This document shows, in pieces, positions 1 to 11,884 of a DNA stretch of 64,000 nucleotides. Under the pieces are notes generated by a model. That model was not told where the DNA came from. It searched no databases and saw only the letters and a list, made by a program, of their open reading frames with translations. This DNA comes from Callorhinchus milii (Eukaryota): assembly GCF_018977255.1 (NCBI RefSeq), contig NW_024704742.1, forward strand, positions 98,768,001-98,832,000. Reading direction: 5' to 3'. Each line of letters opens with the position of its first letter. Position 1 is the first letter of the stretch. The position numbers and the translations under genes were made by a program.

Positions 1-591
1 AGCTAAGATCTGACAAAGAGAGCTGACAGGATGTGCACGGACAGATGAGTTCAATACAGGCTACTGCATATACAAAGTAAAATTAGGAGGTACACATGCT
101 CCATGGATAGGATGGAATGAGCCAAGAGAGGAGGCTGAAAGAGACTCAACTGAAAGAGGATCTACTGTTAGTAGATTCATCAATCACCATGTCAAAACAG
201 TGTGAGGCAGCAATAAACAAGGCAAACAAATGAGGACTCTTTAGTCTTGAAATGAGGCAACTCAGTGGAGACCTTATGAAGGTAAATAACATTATAAAAG
301 AGATTGTAAGTAAACCTACGAATACCAGGATGCACCAAGGCAGTAGAACAAGAGGACTCAGGTTGAGGGTTGCAAAGATCAATTTCAGGATAGGCACCAG
401 GAAGGATTTCTTTCCCCAGAGGATAATTAATAGGTGGAATAGGTTGTGAGGAAGGCTGGTTGAAGCCGGAACACTGGAATCATTTAATAAACAGGCTGTG
501 ATGTGATGGGAAAATGTAGGGTGAGTGTTCTGTAAGGATGAGATCAATTGGGTGAAGCGCCTTCTTCATCCAAACCAATCTTGTGATCTTA
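1..591 (+). mobile_element. CR1 LINE 3' fragment (old, internally deleted)
   Basis: Encodes LFSLE-R-L-GDL and TRG...FFPQRIINRWNRL, typical of the CR1 ORF2 C-terminus. Confidence 0.75.
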
Positions 592-1093
592 TACATGAGA
601 CAATACATTTTGGAAGGACAAGCATAAATAAGATTTGGAGGAAAGAGGAACAATTGTTCAACAGGAGGTTATGGGAGGATTTCATCAATGAGAAGCATTG
701 GTCTTTCTTGTTGCATTTAATGCCATCATGATATGGCGACAAGTAGAACTATCAGAAAGCTAATATTGCTTATTGCAAGAGTCCCCCACATTAATCATGA
801 AGTACATGGGTGAAATGGGCTGTATTATGTGCCGATCATGGAAAATTGTTATTTGTTAACAATATGATTTTCTGTTCTGAACAAGTAATTCAAAGATCTA
901 GTTCTACACTAACTGCCTTTGATACTCCATATTGTTTTTGTTCCAATAGTGATAAAAAGTGATCAGTAAAATCAATCTCCGAATTAATTTAATAAAAGAT
1001 CCACAAATCGTGCCATGTTACTTTGATAGTACCTTGAGGTGTCCTCCTGCTGTGAACGGTGTTATATAAATGTAAAATGAGGTGTATCAGTCA

Positions 1094-1488
1094 GGCTCAG
1101 TTGGTAAGACCCATATCTGGACATGGAACCATAGGGTGATATTGCAATGTAATGCTGGGGGAGTGCTGCATTATTGGATGTGCAGTCCTTTGGATGAGAC
1201 ATTAAATTGAGGACCCATCTGCCAGTCCAGGTGAACGTTAAAGATCCCATGTCGTTATTCAAAAAGACAATAGAGTTACTCATGGTGTCCTGGCCAACAA
1301 ATAAAATTGAATAAAATTTGGCATTCATTCCGTGACCTTTTGTGGGACATTTTGTTGCACAAGTTGGCGATTTCATTCGCTCGTAAAATGCACATAATCA
1401 CAACACTTTATTGTATAGTCTGTGAAACACTTCGAGCCATCTCTACGAATTGATAAGGCACTATATAAAATGCAAGAATTATTATTAT
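1094..1488 (+). mobile_element. Old tRNA-derived Deu-domain SINE (SacSINE1-like)
   Basis: ggctcagttggt head, ggatgagacattaaa/aaagatcccatg body, tgtgggacat..gcacaagttggc Deu-like core, L2-like tail ending in (tta)n. Confidence 0.7.
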
Positions 1489-2060
1489 GAATTGTATTGC
1501 ATAAATTGTATTGTGTTGTGATTAAAAATGAAGCTATATCACTATCCTACTTCTGAGAATCTCTTTATTTGACTACATTTATTTGGCCAGAAATGGCACT
1601 GATTCAATTTCCAGTTTCAATTATGATTAAGTTAAAAGCTGAAAACAAAACATCTGCAAATAATTTTAAATTTAGTGAAACAAAAGAGGTATTCATGGAA
1701 CAGTAATGTATGCCAAAGATAAATTGCTGACTGAATTTTTAACTCTTTGAAACTAAAAAGATAAACCATTTAAACCTAGACAGAAAGGGGTGTAATTTGC
1801 AAGATTTGCAAAATATATTTGCAATTACTGAATCCTTCAGGTATCTGGATGTCTGAAAATGTTTCTTTGGAACCTCAGAAGCCGATCTTAATTCTGACAC
1901 TTGGAAAGCCAGATTTTAGCCAGTGCGGCTTAAGGCACCCAACAGTAGATCAGAGTCAGAACAGAGTTCTGGAGGATTAGCCTCAGACACATTGCTGAGC
2001 CAGCAGGATCTGCCATTCACCAATCCTTTTGTGAATATAGCTCACAAATCTACTGGATCC

Positions 2061-2330
2061 TTCGGATGAGCCGTTACGTCTGTCTACCTGTTCAGGTGGA
2101 TATTAAAGATCCTATGTCACAATTCAAAAGAGAATGGAGTTTCTCCCAGCATCCTGGTCATCAAACCCCAAAACAAAAATGGTCATTCACTTCATGGCTG
2201 TTTATCAGACACGGGTATGTGCAAATTGGCTGCCACGTACAAAGTACACGGTCGCTACACTGTTAAATCCTGTCAAGTACTTTGAGACGGCCTCCCAACA
2301 TGAACGACTCAAAATTAAATGCAAGATCAA
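2061..2330 (+). mobile_element. Old Deu-domain SINE, 5'-truncated
   Basis: Same body and core as 1094-1488. Confidence 0.65.
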
Positions 2331-3653
2331 AATCTATGAAGGCGTCACTGAACCCATGGATGAGCGTCATTGATACTAAGCGCAGAAGGAACATCAGCTG
2401 CCAAGCGTCATCTCATCAAAAAATTTAAATCAAGGAAGCATAGTAGTTTACAATCATTACTTAAACTCAAACATTGTTGGAATGAAATTACTATCAGTTA
2501 TCCTTTTTTTTGTTGAAGCGCTGATGTCAGCTACATTTCATGTTTGTAAATGTTTTCTGGCAGTAGCTCTCACATGGACAGCAGCAGCCAGAACACTCCC
2601 TGCAGTTTAATACTCACTCACTGAAAGACTGAGGATTGCAACATTTGGTCAGTCACTGGAGTTTGCTGAGGTAGCTGATTTTAGCTCATTGGCATTGGGA
2701 AATCTGTTCTTGCTTCCTGACCACATTCAAGATTTAGAGCAATGAGAGCAGAGATTTCTTCACTAGAAAATGGCCTAAAATATAATAATAATCCTTGCTT
2801 TTAATATAGCACTTTTCATGTCAAAATGTGACCAGTTTTATGCAATGCACTTATGTCCATGAGAATTTAATTTGAGTTTGCCTTATTGAGATGCAAAACC
2901 TACAAATTGGAGAATCGTATTAGGTTTAAACCAATGTCTGAGAAGTAGAAGTAGTGTTAAAAACAGATTCTACTGCATTTTAAGCATTTTATCTTGTAAT
3001 CCTAGCTGTCGATTTTGAAATTGAAACATTGTTTATATCCACATGATTTAACTTGAAATAGAAAATAGTGCGTTAAATAAATTTTGTCAGAATATATCGG
3101 TCTTGGAAATCTGTCCATTCCAAACTCTTATTGTAAATATCATGAGCATTACTTTCAAGTCCTCAATTAATATTTATTGCCCCGCTTCCCCCAATATGAT
3201 TCATGTGCAGATCTGTGATACGTATCCCAGACTGAGGCAAGTGAGTTTGAGTTTGAGTCAAATTTATGAATCAAACTTCCATTTTTAGTAATAAACAGTC
3301 TCTTACCATTTCAGCAACTTGTTTGATTGATGTGAAATATTTTACAAATTACATTCAGCCTTCTTACAAGTAGCTATCAATAGTCACACAATAATCATCA
3401 CATACTGCAATTTTCCCCCATGATCATGAAGTGCTAAGACATTATTTGGGTTTGTGCAAAACTCATTGATAGTAGTAGAAGTTCAGGAAAGAACGTTCTT
3501 TTGTGCTTATTCAGTTTTTATAAAAATTTCTGCTTCATGTATTATAAAGTAAACTACCATGAACCTGCCTCACCAATATAGGTGTCATTTTCTGGTTTGG
3601 GTCCCAATGTAACTGACCCTTAAACTTTGCCTGTTTCAATATATTGAACTTAC

Positions 3654-3777
3654 CTGCTCCAAATATGTCAGTCACGGTGGAAACAATTTGTTCATCAGTT
3701 AACACAGCGTTATTCCACCCCACCTTTCTATTTTGACACAGTGCAATGAGAGTATCAGTGATATCTCGCACACAATT
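3654..3777 (-). CDS. CYP1D1: CYP1D1 second coding exon (124 nt, into the I-helix)
   Basis: Acceptor tttctattttatag|AAT; translates NCVRDITDTLIALCQNRKVGWNNAVLTDEQIVSTVTDIFGA(G); donor G|GTAAGT at 3653. In frame with the previous exon and matches the CYP1A/1D intron positions. The next exon (GFDT...) was not found in 1-3653. Confidence 0.9.
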
Positions 3778-4581
3778 CTATAAAATAGAAAGCATATTGA
3801 TTATGTTGAAGCCTAGCATAAAAGTGCTGTTTTGAGGAATTTGTTTTCCGGAAATTTACTTGTTTTCAAATATAATTGTTATCATTATGAGTTGAGACCT
3901 GCAGCACACAGTCCACTCTTTTCCTTAGTGTATTGACTGACATGGAATTTCAATGTTGTCAAATCAAAGGATTCATTACCAAATGTTAAATCCCAACAGT
4001 TTAAAAACATAATGCATGGTAAAAAAAAGAACTGCAGACATACTGAAAAGTGTACAGGTAATTCCTTTTGTAATATTTAGATTTACAGACTTGCCTTTAA
4101 ATATCCTCAAACACTCCATTAGGAACATCATAAGACACAAATTAAAAGTTCAGAATCCATCCATTCTTTTGAAATGGAATTAGATGATATGGAATTAAAA
4201 GAAATGCAGTGCCCCAAATATTAAAGGCAAGAAAAATGAGCAAGAAGAATGGGATTACGTTCGATGGAAGAAACACCATGGGGAAACACATGCGGAAAAA
4301 ACAGTACAGATTTGATGGGCCAAGTATGGACTATTCTGTCCTGTAGCATTCTATAATTCTGTAAGAAGAGCTATGTACAAGTTATAAAATGATACATTTT
4401 ACATAGTTTATCTTATCTATAAATTCATATATAGATGCAGTGTTAAAGTCCAATAACATCAAATAAATTTGTATCAGGTCGTGCATTAAAGACATATATC
4501 CCCTAAACTGGACAAATGTTAAACAACACAGATGGTTTTCAGTTTTTAACTGTTTGCGTTACTTTAATATGCTTTACTTAC

Positions 4582-5421
4582 CTTATCAAATGTGGTGTAA
4601 TGTTCCTGTATTGATTTAATCATAAAATTGTTCAACCTGTTAACAAACTTGATCATGGATTTAAGAGACGGGCTTGGCAGGTAACGGAAAAATGGGAACA
4701 CGTCTGCAACATTTCCAGAAGCAAATGTTCTCATAACCTCATGATTGGTGTGGACAATATTGAGAAATTCTTTATCATTGTGTTCGTACCGCTTGCCAAA
4801 ACAAAGAGCACAGATGACATTTGCTACAGTGCTAGTTATAGGTTCAACAGGATCAAAAGCGCCTTCCTTTTCAGCTTTGTTCAACAACACTTTGACTAAT
4901 TCTGTAGCCTCAGCACACACATGTTCTTCGAGAAGACAGGAGCATGTTGAGCTTTGGGCCTCTGTTAATGAAAAAGCCCTCAAAGCATTCTTAGCAATCT
5001 TCTTATGTAGTTTCCAACTCTCCCCGTATTTTTCACTAAATGTCATTGTTTTCCCATTGCCTATCAATGAAAAGGTGTAGAAATCTGGTCTACCAGCAAA
5101 GCTGTTTCCTTGTTTGATCAGTGCTTGTTTAATCGTCTCCATACCACTTACTACCACCACTGGGACCATGCCTAGTTTTATGCAAAGCACATCGCCATAT
5201 TCTTCACGCATTTTTGTGAGTGTTAAGTAAGGGTATTCTCCTAACTGTAACAAATTTCCAACAATAGGCCATGATCGAGGGCCTGGAAGAGAAACAGCAA
5301 CATTTACAGCATTCCTTCTACCTCTGATGATGGTAAGGGTAACTACAAATACAATAAAGGTAATTGCGACTTCATAAATTGAAACAACCGGTAGCTCCCA
5401 AACAATTTTCATTGCTGTCAT
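4582..5421 (-). CDS. CYP1D1: Cytochrome P450 family 1, first coding exon (280 codons, phase 0 end); best match CYP1D1
   Basis: Membrane anchor followed by PGPRSWPIVGNL, then FAGRPDFYTF, MTFSEKYGESWKLHKK, VANVICALCFGKRY and FRYLPSPSLK; the SEKYGE and YLPSPSL motifs recall fish CYP1D1 rather than CYP1A. First ATG at 5421 (the ORF track starts at a GTG). Acceptor catttttaatctacag ends at 5455, so the exon starts at 5454. Donor AAG|GTAAGT at 4581. Confidence 0.9.
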
Positions 5422-6639
5422 TTTCACTGTCCAAATGTATCCAGCGCTTGCACCCTGTAGATTAAAAATGGAAACACATCATCAATAACAAGGAACAGAG
5501 AAAACTGTTTAAAAAGTGTCTTTGGAAGCCATGTGCTCTATCATCTAGTAGTTTATTTTCATCTCTTTCATTTTTCATGTATGATTCTTTTTGTTTTCCT
5601 ATTACTGATGTCTACATTTTTTAGGTATTGTTCTATCATTCATCTTGAATATGGGAATTATATTCACCTGTGTCCAGTGTGTCCAAACCTCCTTGTGCCA
5701 ACAAATCTCTTGCCATGTCATGTAAGATCGTTGCCTATCTTGAATGCCATGCTGAGAGATAAGCAGCTGGTACTGAAGCTCCACGACTCCAATTGGCAGA
5801 ACCATCTCTCAATGCATTGGGGTTTCTATCGTTTCTATCTGGGTTGTGGGCAGGAAGGTGGTGGGCAATTCTCTGTGGCACTTTCAGTAATCCTATACCT
5901 GAACAAGGCATGTCCACTGTACTCCTCTGTACTCTTACCTGATAACCAATCAGCTAGCTCACTCGCAAAACTTAGAGGACCAGATCAGATCTCTGGGGTC
6001 TGCAAAGCGAAGGCTTATCAGGTAGTGTGGACTTAGGTGGAGAAACAGCAGGAAGAGTTACAGTTATCCACAAGGTTGGCTACGTGATTTTAGCTGGTTG
6101 AAATCCAGCGATATTGAAATGCACGCTCTAGGTTGCACAAGTCATGGTTTTCCATGTGTGTCAGATATCAAGTGACTAAATGAAATATGCTTTGCAAATC
6201 TCCCTTTTTAGTTCATAGTACCACAACCTTCTTCCCCTCCTTCCTCTCCTCCCCCGGCTTTAATCATCTATGAATTTAACTAAATACCCTTGTTTTAACC
6301 ACATGAAGCATATACTGTTTTTCAGGCTTGTGAACTGATGGAGCTTCTTTGTTTCTAATGTCAATGTTTCAGAGCACAAATGACATATATTGGATGTTGG
6401 ATAGCCTCATATTTGTTGTGGTTAAGAAAATAAGGTGTCATTTAATATGCTTGTTATCTACTGGTTATCCTTTATTTGAACTCCTGTTGGTCTCCTCCCT
6501 TCTTGGCTACCCTCTTGCTGTCATAGTATTGGAACAATTTCTGGCACCGTGTTTTGCATTTCTTACCATATATTTTTCTAATCTCACCTATTTCTCCTAG
6601 GTGAGACTAGATAAATATGGTATTGGACTTAGGCAGGGG

Positions 6640-6830
6640 GGCAAAATGTCTAAGTTGTCTCATGACAATAATTAGGAGGCACAGTAAACTGAAGAGGGAT
6701 ATAGAAGACTACAGGTGGCTACAGTTACATTAGCAAAGTGGGCATATGGGTGGCAAATGAAAATCAAAGCAGAAAAATGTGGAGTCACACATTTTGTGTG
6801 GAAAAATAAGTAAGGTGTCATACATTAAAT
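6640..6830 (+). mobile_element. CR1 LINE RT fragment
   Basis: Degenerate SKFADDTKLGG ... W..WQM..N..KC.V.HF region. Confidence 0.6.
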
Positions 6831-7051
6831 CAAGGTGGACCAAACTTTTGGCTGCTGCGGGCTGCATGCCCTATTTGAGAAATATCTGTGGGATGCATAA
6901 GCATTATTTCTATGTTTCCCTTCCAGAAACATAACATAACATTCATGGGTTACGGAGGAAGCAGGTAGGTTAGATGAAATGGAGGGGTGGGTGAGGGGGG
7001 AGAGGGCCGGAAGCCGGAAGCGGCCCATGGGCCGCCAGTTGGACCACCCTG
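6831..7051. mobile_element. hAT (Charlie-like) non-autonomous element / MITE
   Basis: Terminal inverted repeats caaggtggaccaa ... ttggaccaccctg; gcggccc subterminal motifs; left flank cattaaat has a central TA. Confidence 0.65.
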
Positions 7052-7104
7052 GAAATGGTGACATAGCTTATCCGTTATCTCCTGTTTGTGGGATATAAAC
7101 AATT

Positions 7105-7445
7105 ACAATGCTGGACAAAACACAAAATACTGCAGATGCTGCAAATATGAAACAAAAACAGAGTGAGCTGGAAAAACTCGGCAGGTCAGGCAGCATCTAT
7201 GGAGAAAGGAAAGTGAGTCAACGTTTCGGGTCCACGACCCTTTGTCAGAACTGGGGAATTTTGGGAGGGAGAGATTTTTAAGGACAAGTTGAGAGGGGAG
7301 GCAGGACAAGGAAGACAAAGAAGGCAAAAAAGAAAACAAAGGAGAGACTGTGTTAGTTGATTGGTTGAAGAGATGATAGTGGCATAAAACAAAAGAAGGG
7401 ATGTAAAACAAAAGGGGAGTGGGGGTTGAAACAAAACTGGGGAGA
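7105..7445 (-). mobile_element. Penelope-like element terminal repeat (pLTR) fragment
   Basis: Minus strand reads a pyrimidine-rich tract, then tctgacaaagggtc..gacccgaaacgttgac, then gatgctgcctgacctgccgagtttttccagc; this recalls shark Penelope-type termini. Confidence 0.65.
7216..7252 (-). ncRNA. Minimal type I hammerhead ribozyme motif (core mutated)
   Basis: AGTT-CTGACAA-A-GGGTC-GTG-GACCC-GAAA-CGTT-GACT: helix I agtt/gact, 5-bp helix II, GAAA, palindromic AACGTT helix III. Core is CUGACAA instead of CUGANGA. Confidence 0.65.
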
Positions 7446-8469
7446 AGAAGTGTTAATAGTGCAAATTCGGCACTATTTTCAGCACCGAATAAAGCTGGTA
7501 AATGCCAGTACCGGCACTGTAATTATACCGAGCCAGAAATTCCAGTTTGCCCAACCAGATGTTCCCCCACATTGATCTGACCACCAGGGTTTTAGTGTGC
7601 AAGAAATGAGCAAAGGAATGGGATTAGAGTGGAGAGCTGCAGTGGAAGACTTAGCACAAGCACAGACACAATGGACTGAATGGCCTTCTTCTGTACTGTA
7701 AATTTTTTATTGCTCTGTGATCATTTTATGTCATTAATTCCATTGTATCACATTCGTCTCTTTCACAGTCTCAGATTAATTTGTCAACATGGCATGACAA
7801 CACGTTATCAAAGTTCCAAATATTACAAAAGTTCTTTCTATTGTATATTTTAAACTTTATTCTGTACCTTAATTACGTTGTAAATGATAAGACTGCCAGA
7901 TTACAATCAAATGTATACTTATGTATTGCTTACACTGAGTTAAATTATCAAACCAATTCTGACCTGGGGTGCCAGTAATTTGAAACCATTACAATCACAT
8001 GGATAATGTAATGGAAGTCGAGTGGCTCTGGGCCAAATCTCTTTAAGCTTCGTTGAAATCAACCCAACTGGAATTATGCAACAACATCACACGCAAAGTT
8101 AAGAGAGCAACTTGAAAATAACAACTGTTGTTCTCAAACTCTGGGATCCTAAATCAGTTCCTGATCTGAATAAGAATCACGAGGTTGTTAAAATTGTTTG
8201 TAATTAATATTTTAAATAAGACAAAGAGTTGACCTAAATACCATTTCCACCATATTTTGCCTTTATTTCATGAATATTATATAAAGGAATATTATTATTT
8301 TAGAAATGAATGTTGCAAAAGACAAGACATGGTGGAACAGATACTCCAATCTGTTTCCAATTTTTTTGGGGGAAAGAAAAATCTAATTAGATTATGTTCT
8401 GTTGTAACTAAGCATGCCAATAAAATCCACAATCTTGACAAACCAAAAAGGGTTTGAATAATTAATAAG

Positions 8470-8945
8470 CAGTCAATCCACTTTATAGTATATCCTGTGA
8501 AACGCTTTGAGACGTCCCGAGGATGTGATAAGGCGCTTTATCATATGCAAGGATTATTATGTGAGGATCGACTTCAAGATCCTCACTTTTGTGTTCAAAT
8601 CCGTTCACTCTCTGGCACCTCCCTACCTCTCCGACCATTTCACTCCACCCTCCGCTCGACTGCCACCAGCCTCCTGCTCATCCCTCGCACACTTCGCCCC
8701 ACCATAGAAGTTTGTGCTTTCAGCCACTACGCCCCAAAACTCTGGAAGACTATCCCTCAATCCCTCTGCTTTGCCTCCGCTCTCCCCTCTTTCAAGTCCC
8801 GCCTGAAAACTTTCCTCTTCAATCGTGCTTACCACCGCCTGCCCACTCCCCCTGGCTCAGAGTCAGGGTCCGCCACTGTTAAGCGCTCTGAGACGCTATC
8901 TTGCATGGAGGGCGCTATATAAGTGCAACTTATTATTATTATTAT
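8470..8945 (+). mobile_element. SINE 3' tail (8470-8560) joined to an L2 LINE 3' end (8565-8945)
   Basis: RIDFKILTFVFKS..LAPPYL and AFSHYAPKLW..LP..FKSRLKTFLF motifs; tail agggcgctatataagtgcaac(tta)n. Confidence 0.8.
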
Positions 8946-9249
8946 AAATTGTAATGCAGTATTCGAGGGCTAATAAGAATTCTTGATTATATTTAAACTG
9001 TACTCAAATAAGGGGCTAAAATTCCACCTAGGTCAATATCTATTCAGTTAACCTAACATTTCAACCTTTGCAGCAGTTGTAGAATTCAGTTTAAACTTTG
9101 AAGAACTTAAAAGAACTTACAAAAAGCAACAACTGTATTTAGGAAATCATTCTGTGAAGAACCTTGAGACATCTCGACAATGTGATAAGGCACTATGTCA
9201 AATGCAATGATCATTATTATTTTATTTAAGAATCAGACAACTTCTGGAT

Positions 9250-10100
9250 GTGCTGAAACGTTACATTAATAGAGTAAGTGTAGACCCAGGTGGCGTTTCT
9301 CACCACCGTTTGAAAACATGAAATATTGTGCATAAAACTACAGCAGCGTGACTTTATTTAAACTCTTCTCTGTACAACACTGCAACACGTTTCAATAATA
9401 TTCTCTATACAACCCCACCCACCCTCCCAAAAAACTAAAGGTGGAGATCAAGTATAATAGCCAATGTAAATTAAACTACGAAGGAAACATAATAATAATA
9501 ATAATAATAATCCTTGCAAATGCGCCAACAACATTGCGCAATTTGAAATAAGCATTTCCACTTAAATCTGCAGAAACACGCCTGGTTTACAAATTAAATG
9601 GGATAAAATCTCCAAAGATGAATTTGCACTATGGATTGCATGGTTTTTTTTAAAAAGAAGGGCCAATATAAAAGAAGCAAGTAAATGTTTTTTTTTAGAT
9701 ATATACTGTATTTTCCTTCCGATCTCTGAAAAGGAAAAGTACTTACTCTGGGGCTGTGTGTGTGGAATTGCTGTGCCAGGAATCTGGTGAGTTCCTTTCT
9801 GCAGCTGCTGCTCAGCAACTTTTGGAGTTTCTCTGTCTTATCCTCCTCCTGTACAGTGACGCTGACGCTGGAAGGGAATGTAAGCCAACCCCAAATCCCT
9901 CTGGATCCAAACCCCAGTGCAAAACCACTGCACAAACCCTGCAGAATAAGCAAATGCTGCGACTGATGGGATTGTGTTACATGCCACCACCTAAGCTTCG
10001 TTCTGAAGACTTGCATCCAGAAACGTAATTCAAAATAACTTTTCGAAATGATTGCAGATCGATGTCCTGGTGGAACTGTATTCTCGCAGATTCAATAAAT
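9250..10100 (-). promoter_or_regulatory. Candidate CYP1D1 promoter and non-coding exon 1 (donor GTAAGT at 9746-9741)
   Basis: Non-repetitive stretch retaining many CpGs; minus-strand donor CCCAGA|GTAAGT; perfect C/EBP palindrome ATTGCGCAAT at 9533-9542. The first coding exon has a splice acceptor, so an upstream exon is expected. Confidence 0.4.
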
Positions 10101-10465
10101 AGCAATAAATAGCAATAGGTGGCAGGTTAAAGGGATAATTTAGAATAAGATGATCAGATACTTCAAAAGATAGCCTGGGTCAGATGCTGTCCATGTTACA
10201 TTACTTACCAATCCAGCAAGTACTTTCTATTCATAAAAATGCCTCTGGTTATTTGATCAAGAATAAGGTTCGTTACTGGGCTGCAGACTTGCCTTTTTGC
10301 ACTCCTTACCATGAACTAGGAATGGTGACCAAGTGATAAGAGAAGATACAATTTGGAAGGAGAAGGGAAGGTGAACCTATCCAAGAGTTCTTTCCCTGAC
10401 ATTGAGATAAGGTAACTAATAACAGCTGCTGGATGGCGTTACTTGAAGTCCAGGTTTGTGAACAC

Positions 10466-10773
10466 ATAATAATAATCCTTGCATTTGATATAGTGCTTTT
10501 CACGTCTTCTAGACGTCTCAAAGCGCTTCACAGAATATACTGTAAAGAATTGACTGTATATTTGTGGGTGAAACACGGCAGCCAAGTTGTGCACAGCAGC
10601 ATCCCACAAACAGTTGTGGATTGAAGCGACCAATTTATTATTGTTTTTTTTTTCTTGAGGGATTATTATCAGGCGTGTGGAGTAAGGAAACTTGCCCAAG
10701 GTTTGCCCTGCCGGGAATCAAACTCAGGTCTCTCGCTTGAGAGGCGAGTGCTCTAACCACTGAGCTGCAGGAC
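10466..10773 (-). mobile_element. Young tRNA(Ala-like)-head, Deu-domain, L2-tail SINE, full length
   Basis: Minus strand has A box agctcagtggttagagc, B box gagtttgattccc, Deu core and tail caaatgcaagga(tta)n. Confidence 0.85.
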
Positions 10774-10787
10774 ATGTTTGTATATCA

Positions 10788-11000
10788 AACTCTGGGGTCC
10801 CCAAGCCTTGGCTCTTGCCAACCTGTGCCTAATATTCTCTTGAATTGGGTAAGCAAAATGTATCTATTCAGGGAGAGTGTGCATTCCATTCCTGACACAG
10901 GGCAATGTCCACATGTAAGTAGAATACAAATCTGGTTTGGATACTTTTAAACATGGTGATGGATTTCCACATGTGCCAGACACCCGACAGACCATAAAAA
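10788..11000 (+). repeat. Unclassified dispersed repeat family A (partial)
   Basis: ctggggtccccaagccttggctcttgccaacctgtgcctaat ... ccacatgtgccagacacccg shared with copies at 14.1, 26.6 and 37.8 kb. Confidence 0.75.
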
Positions 11001-11172
11001 CAAGAATGGTTAGCGAAAACTGAATCACATGATTATTTACTTTCCACACTGACCGCAATGACTGCAGCAAGAGGCTTTTGGGCATGACCATTTGGAAAAT
11101 ATTAGGTGGAGGATGTTAACCCACAATAGTCATTGAGTGAGATATCACCAGCCAGGGAATGTCTTGTTATAT

Positions 11173-11380
11173 CAGTGGTGGCCAACTTTTTGGTCGGCCA
11201 ACAAAATAAATGTTCTTGATTGAATATTTCTTGATTTATGCCTTAATCAAGAAATTAAATCAAGAAAAATCTGTAAATGCATTGATTAATTGAACATGGA
11301 CTTACCTGGACTAGCGCGAATGTCAGGGGGTATGCTTCTTACAGCCACCTCCAGCCCACGAGCTAAATGTTGGCCACTAC
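11173..11380. mobile_element. hAT (Charlie-like) MITE
   Basis: Inverted termini cagtggtggccaac ... gttggccactac; flanks tgttatat / cattatat resemble an 8-bp target-site duplication with central TA. Confidence 0.65.
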
Positions 11381-11884
11381 CATTATATGCTAATTATCAT
11401 ATCATATACTACATATTTCATCCCATGGTGAGCTCACATGAGGGGAATGAAAGTCTTTGACATGAATGAGAAATCAAGATTCTTGGAGGCAGCTTGAGAA
11501 ATAGAAATATGAGGGTTCCATTTGCGCTCAGATTTGAAAAAACTCATTTCTAATTGTAATAATCCTGCATTTTGTTCTACCACCTTTCACATCAGAAGGT
11601 GACTGTGTATTTAGTAGGTGGACTTAATAGCCAATTTGTTCACAGCATTGTCCTACAAACAGCCATGAAGTGAATGACCAATTTGACCTGGGGGATTATT
11701 GGCCAGGATACTGGGAGAAATTCCCTTGTCTTTAGAAATAATGCCATCTTCATGAGCAAGAACCAAGAGCAGAGAACTCAAAGGAAATAAGTAATAGCTG
11801 CTGACTGAACCTTTGAGAAAATTAAAACTGTATATCTTTGACTAATTGAAACTAATCAACATTTTTAGTGTTCCATTGAAGAAG

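Noticed and set aside
3300..3370. Minus-strand GAAATG|GTAAGA as a possible next CYP exon
   Set aside because: Upstream sequence does not encode the expected GFDT...WSLLYL segment
5533..6036. 167-aa plus-strand ORF opposite the CYP 5' region
   Set aside because: Non-ATG start, low-complexity hydrophobic N-terminus from T-rich DNA, no recognisable domain
9999..10032. CTGAAGA...GAAACGTA hammerhead-like core on the plus strand
   Set aside because: Helix II offers only ~2 bp and helix I does not pair; likely chance
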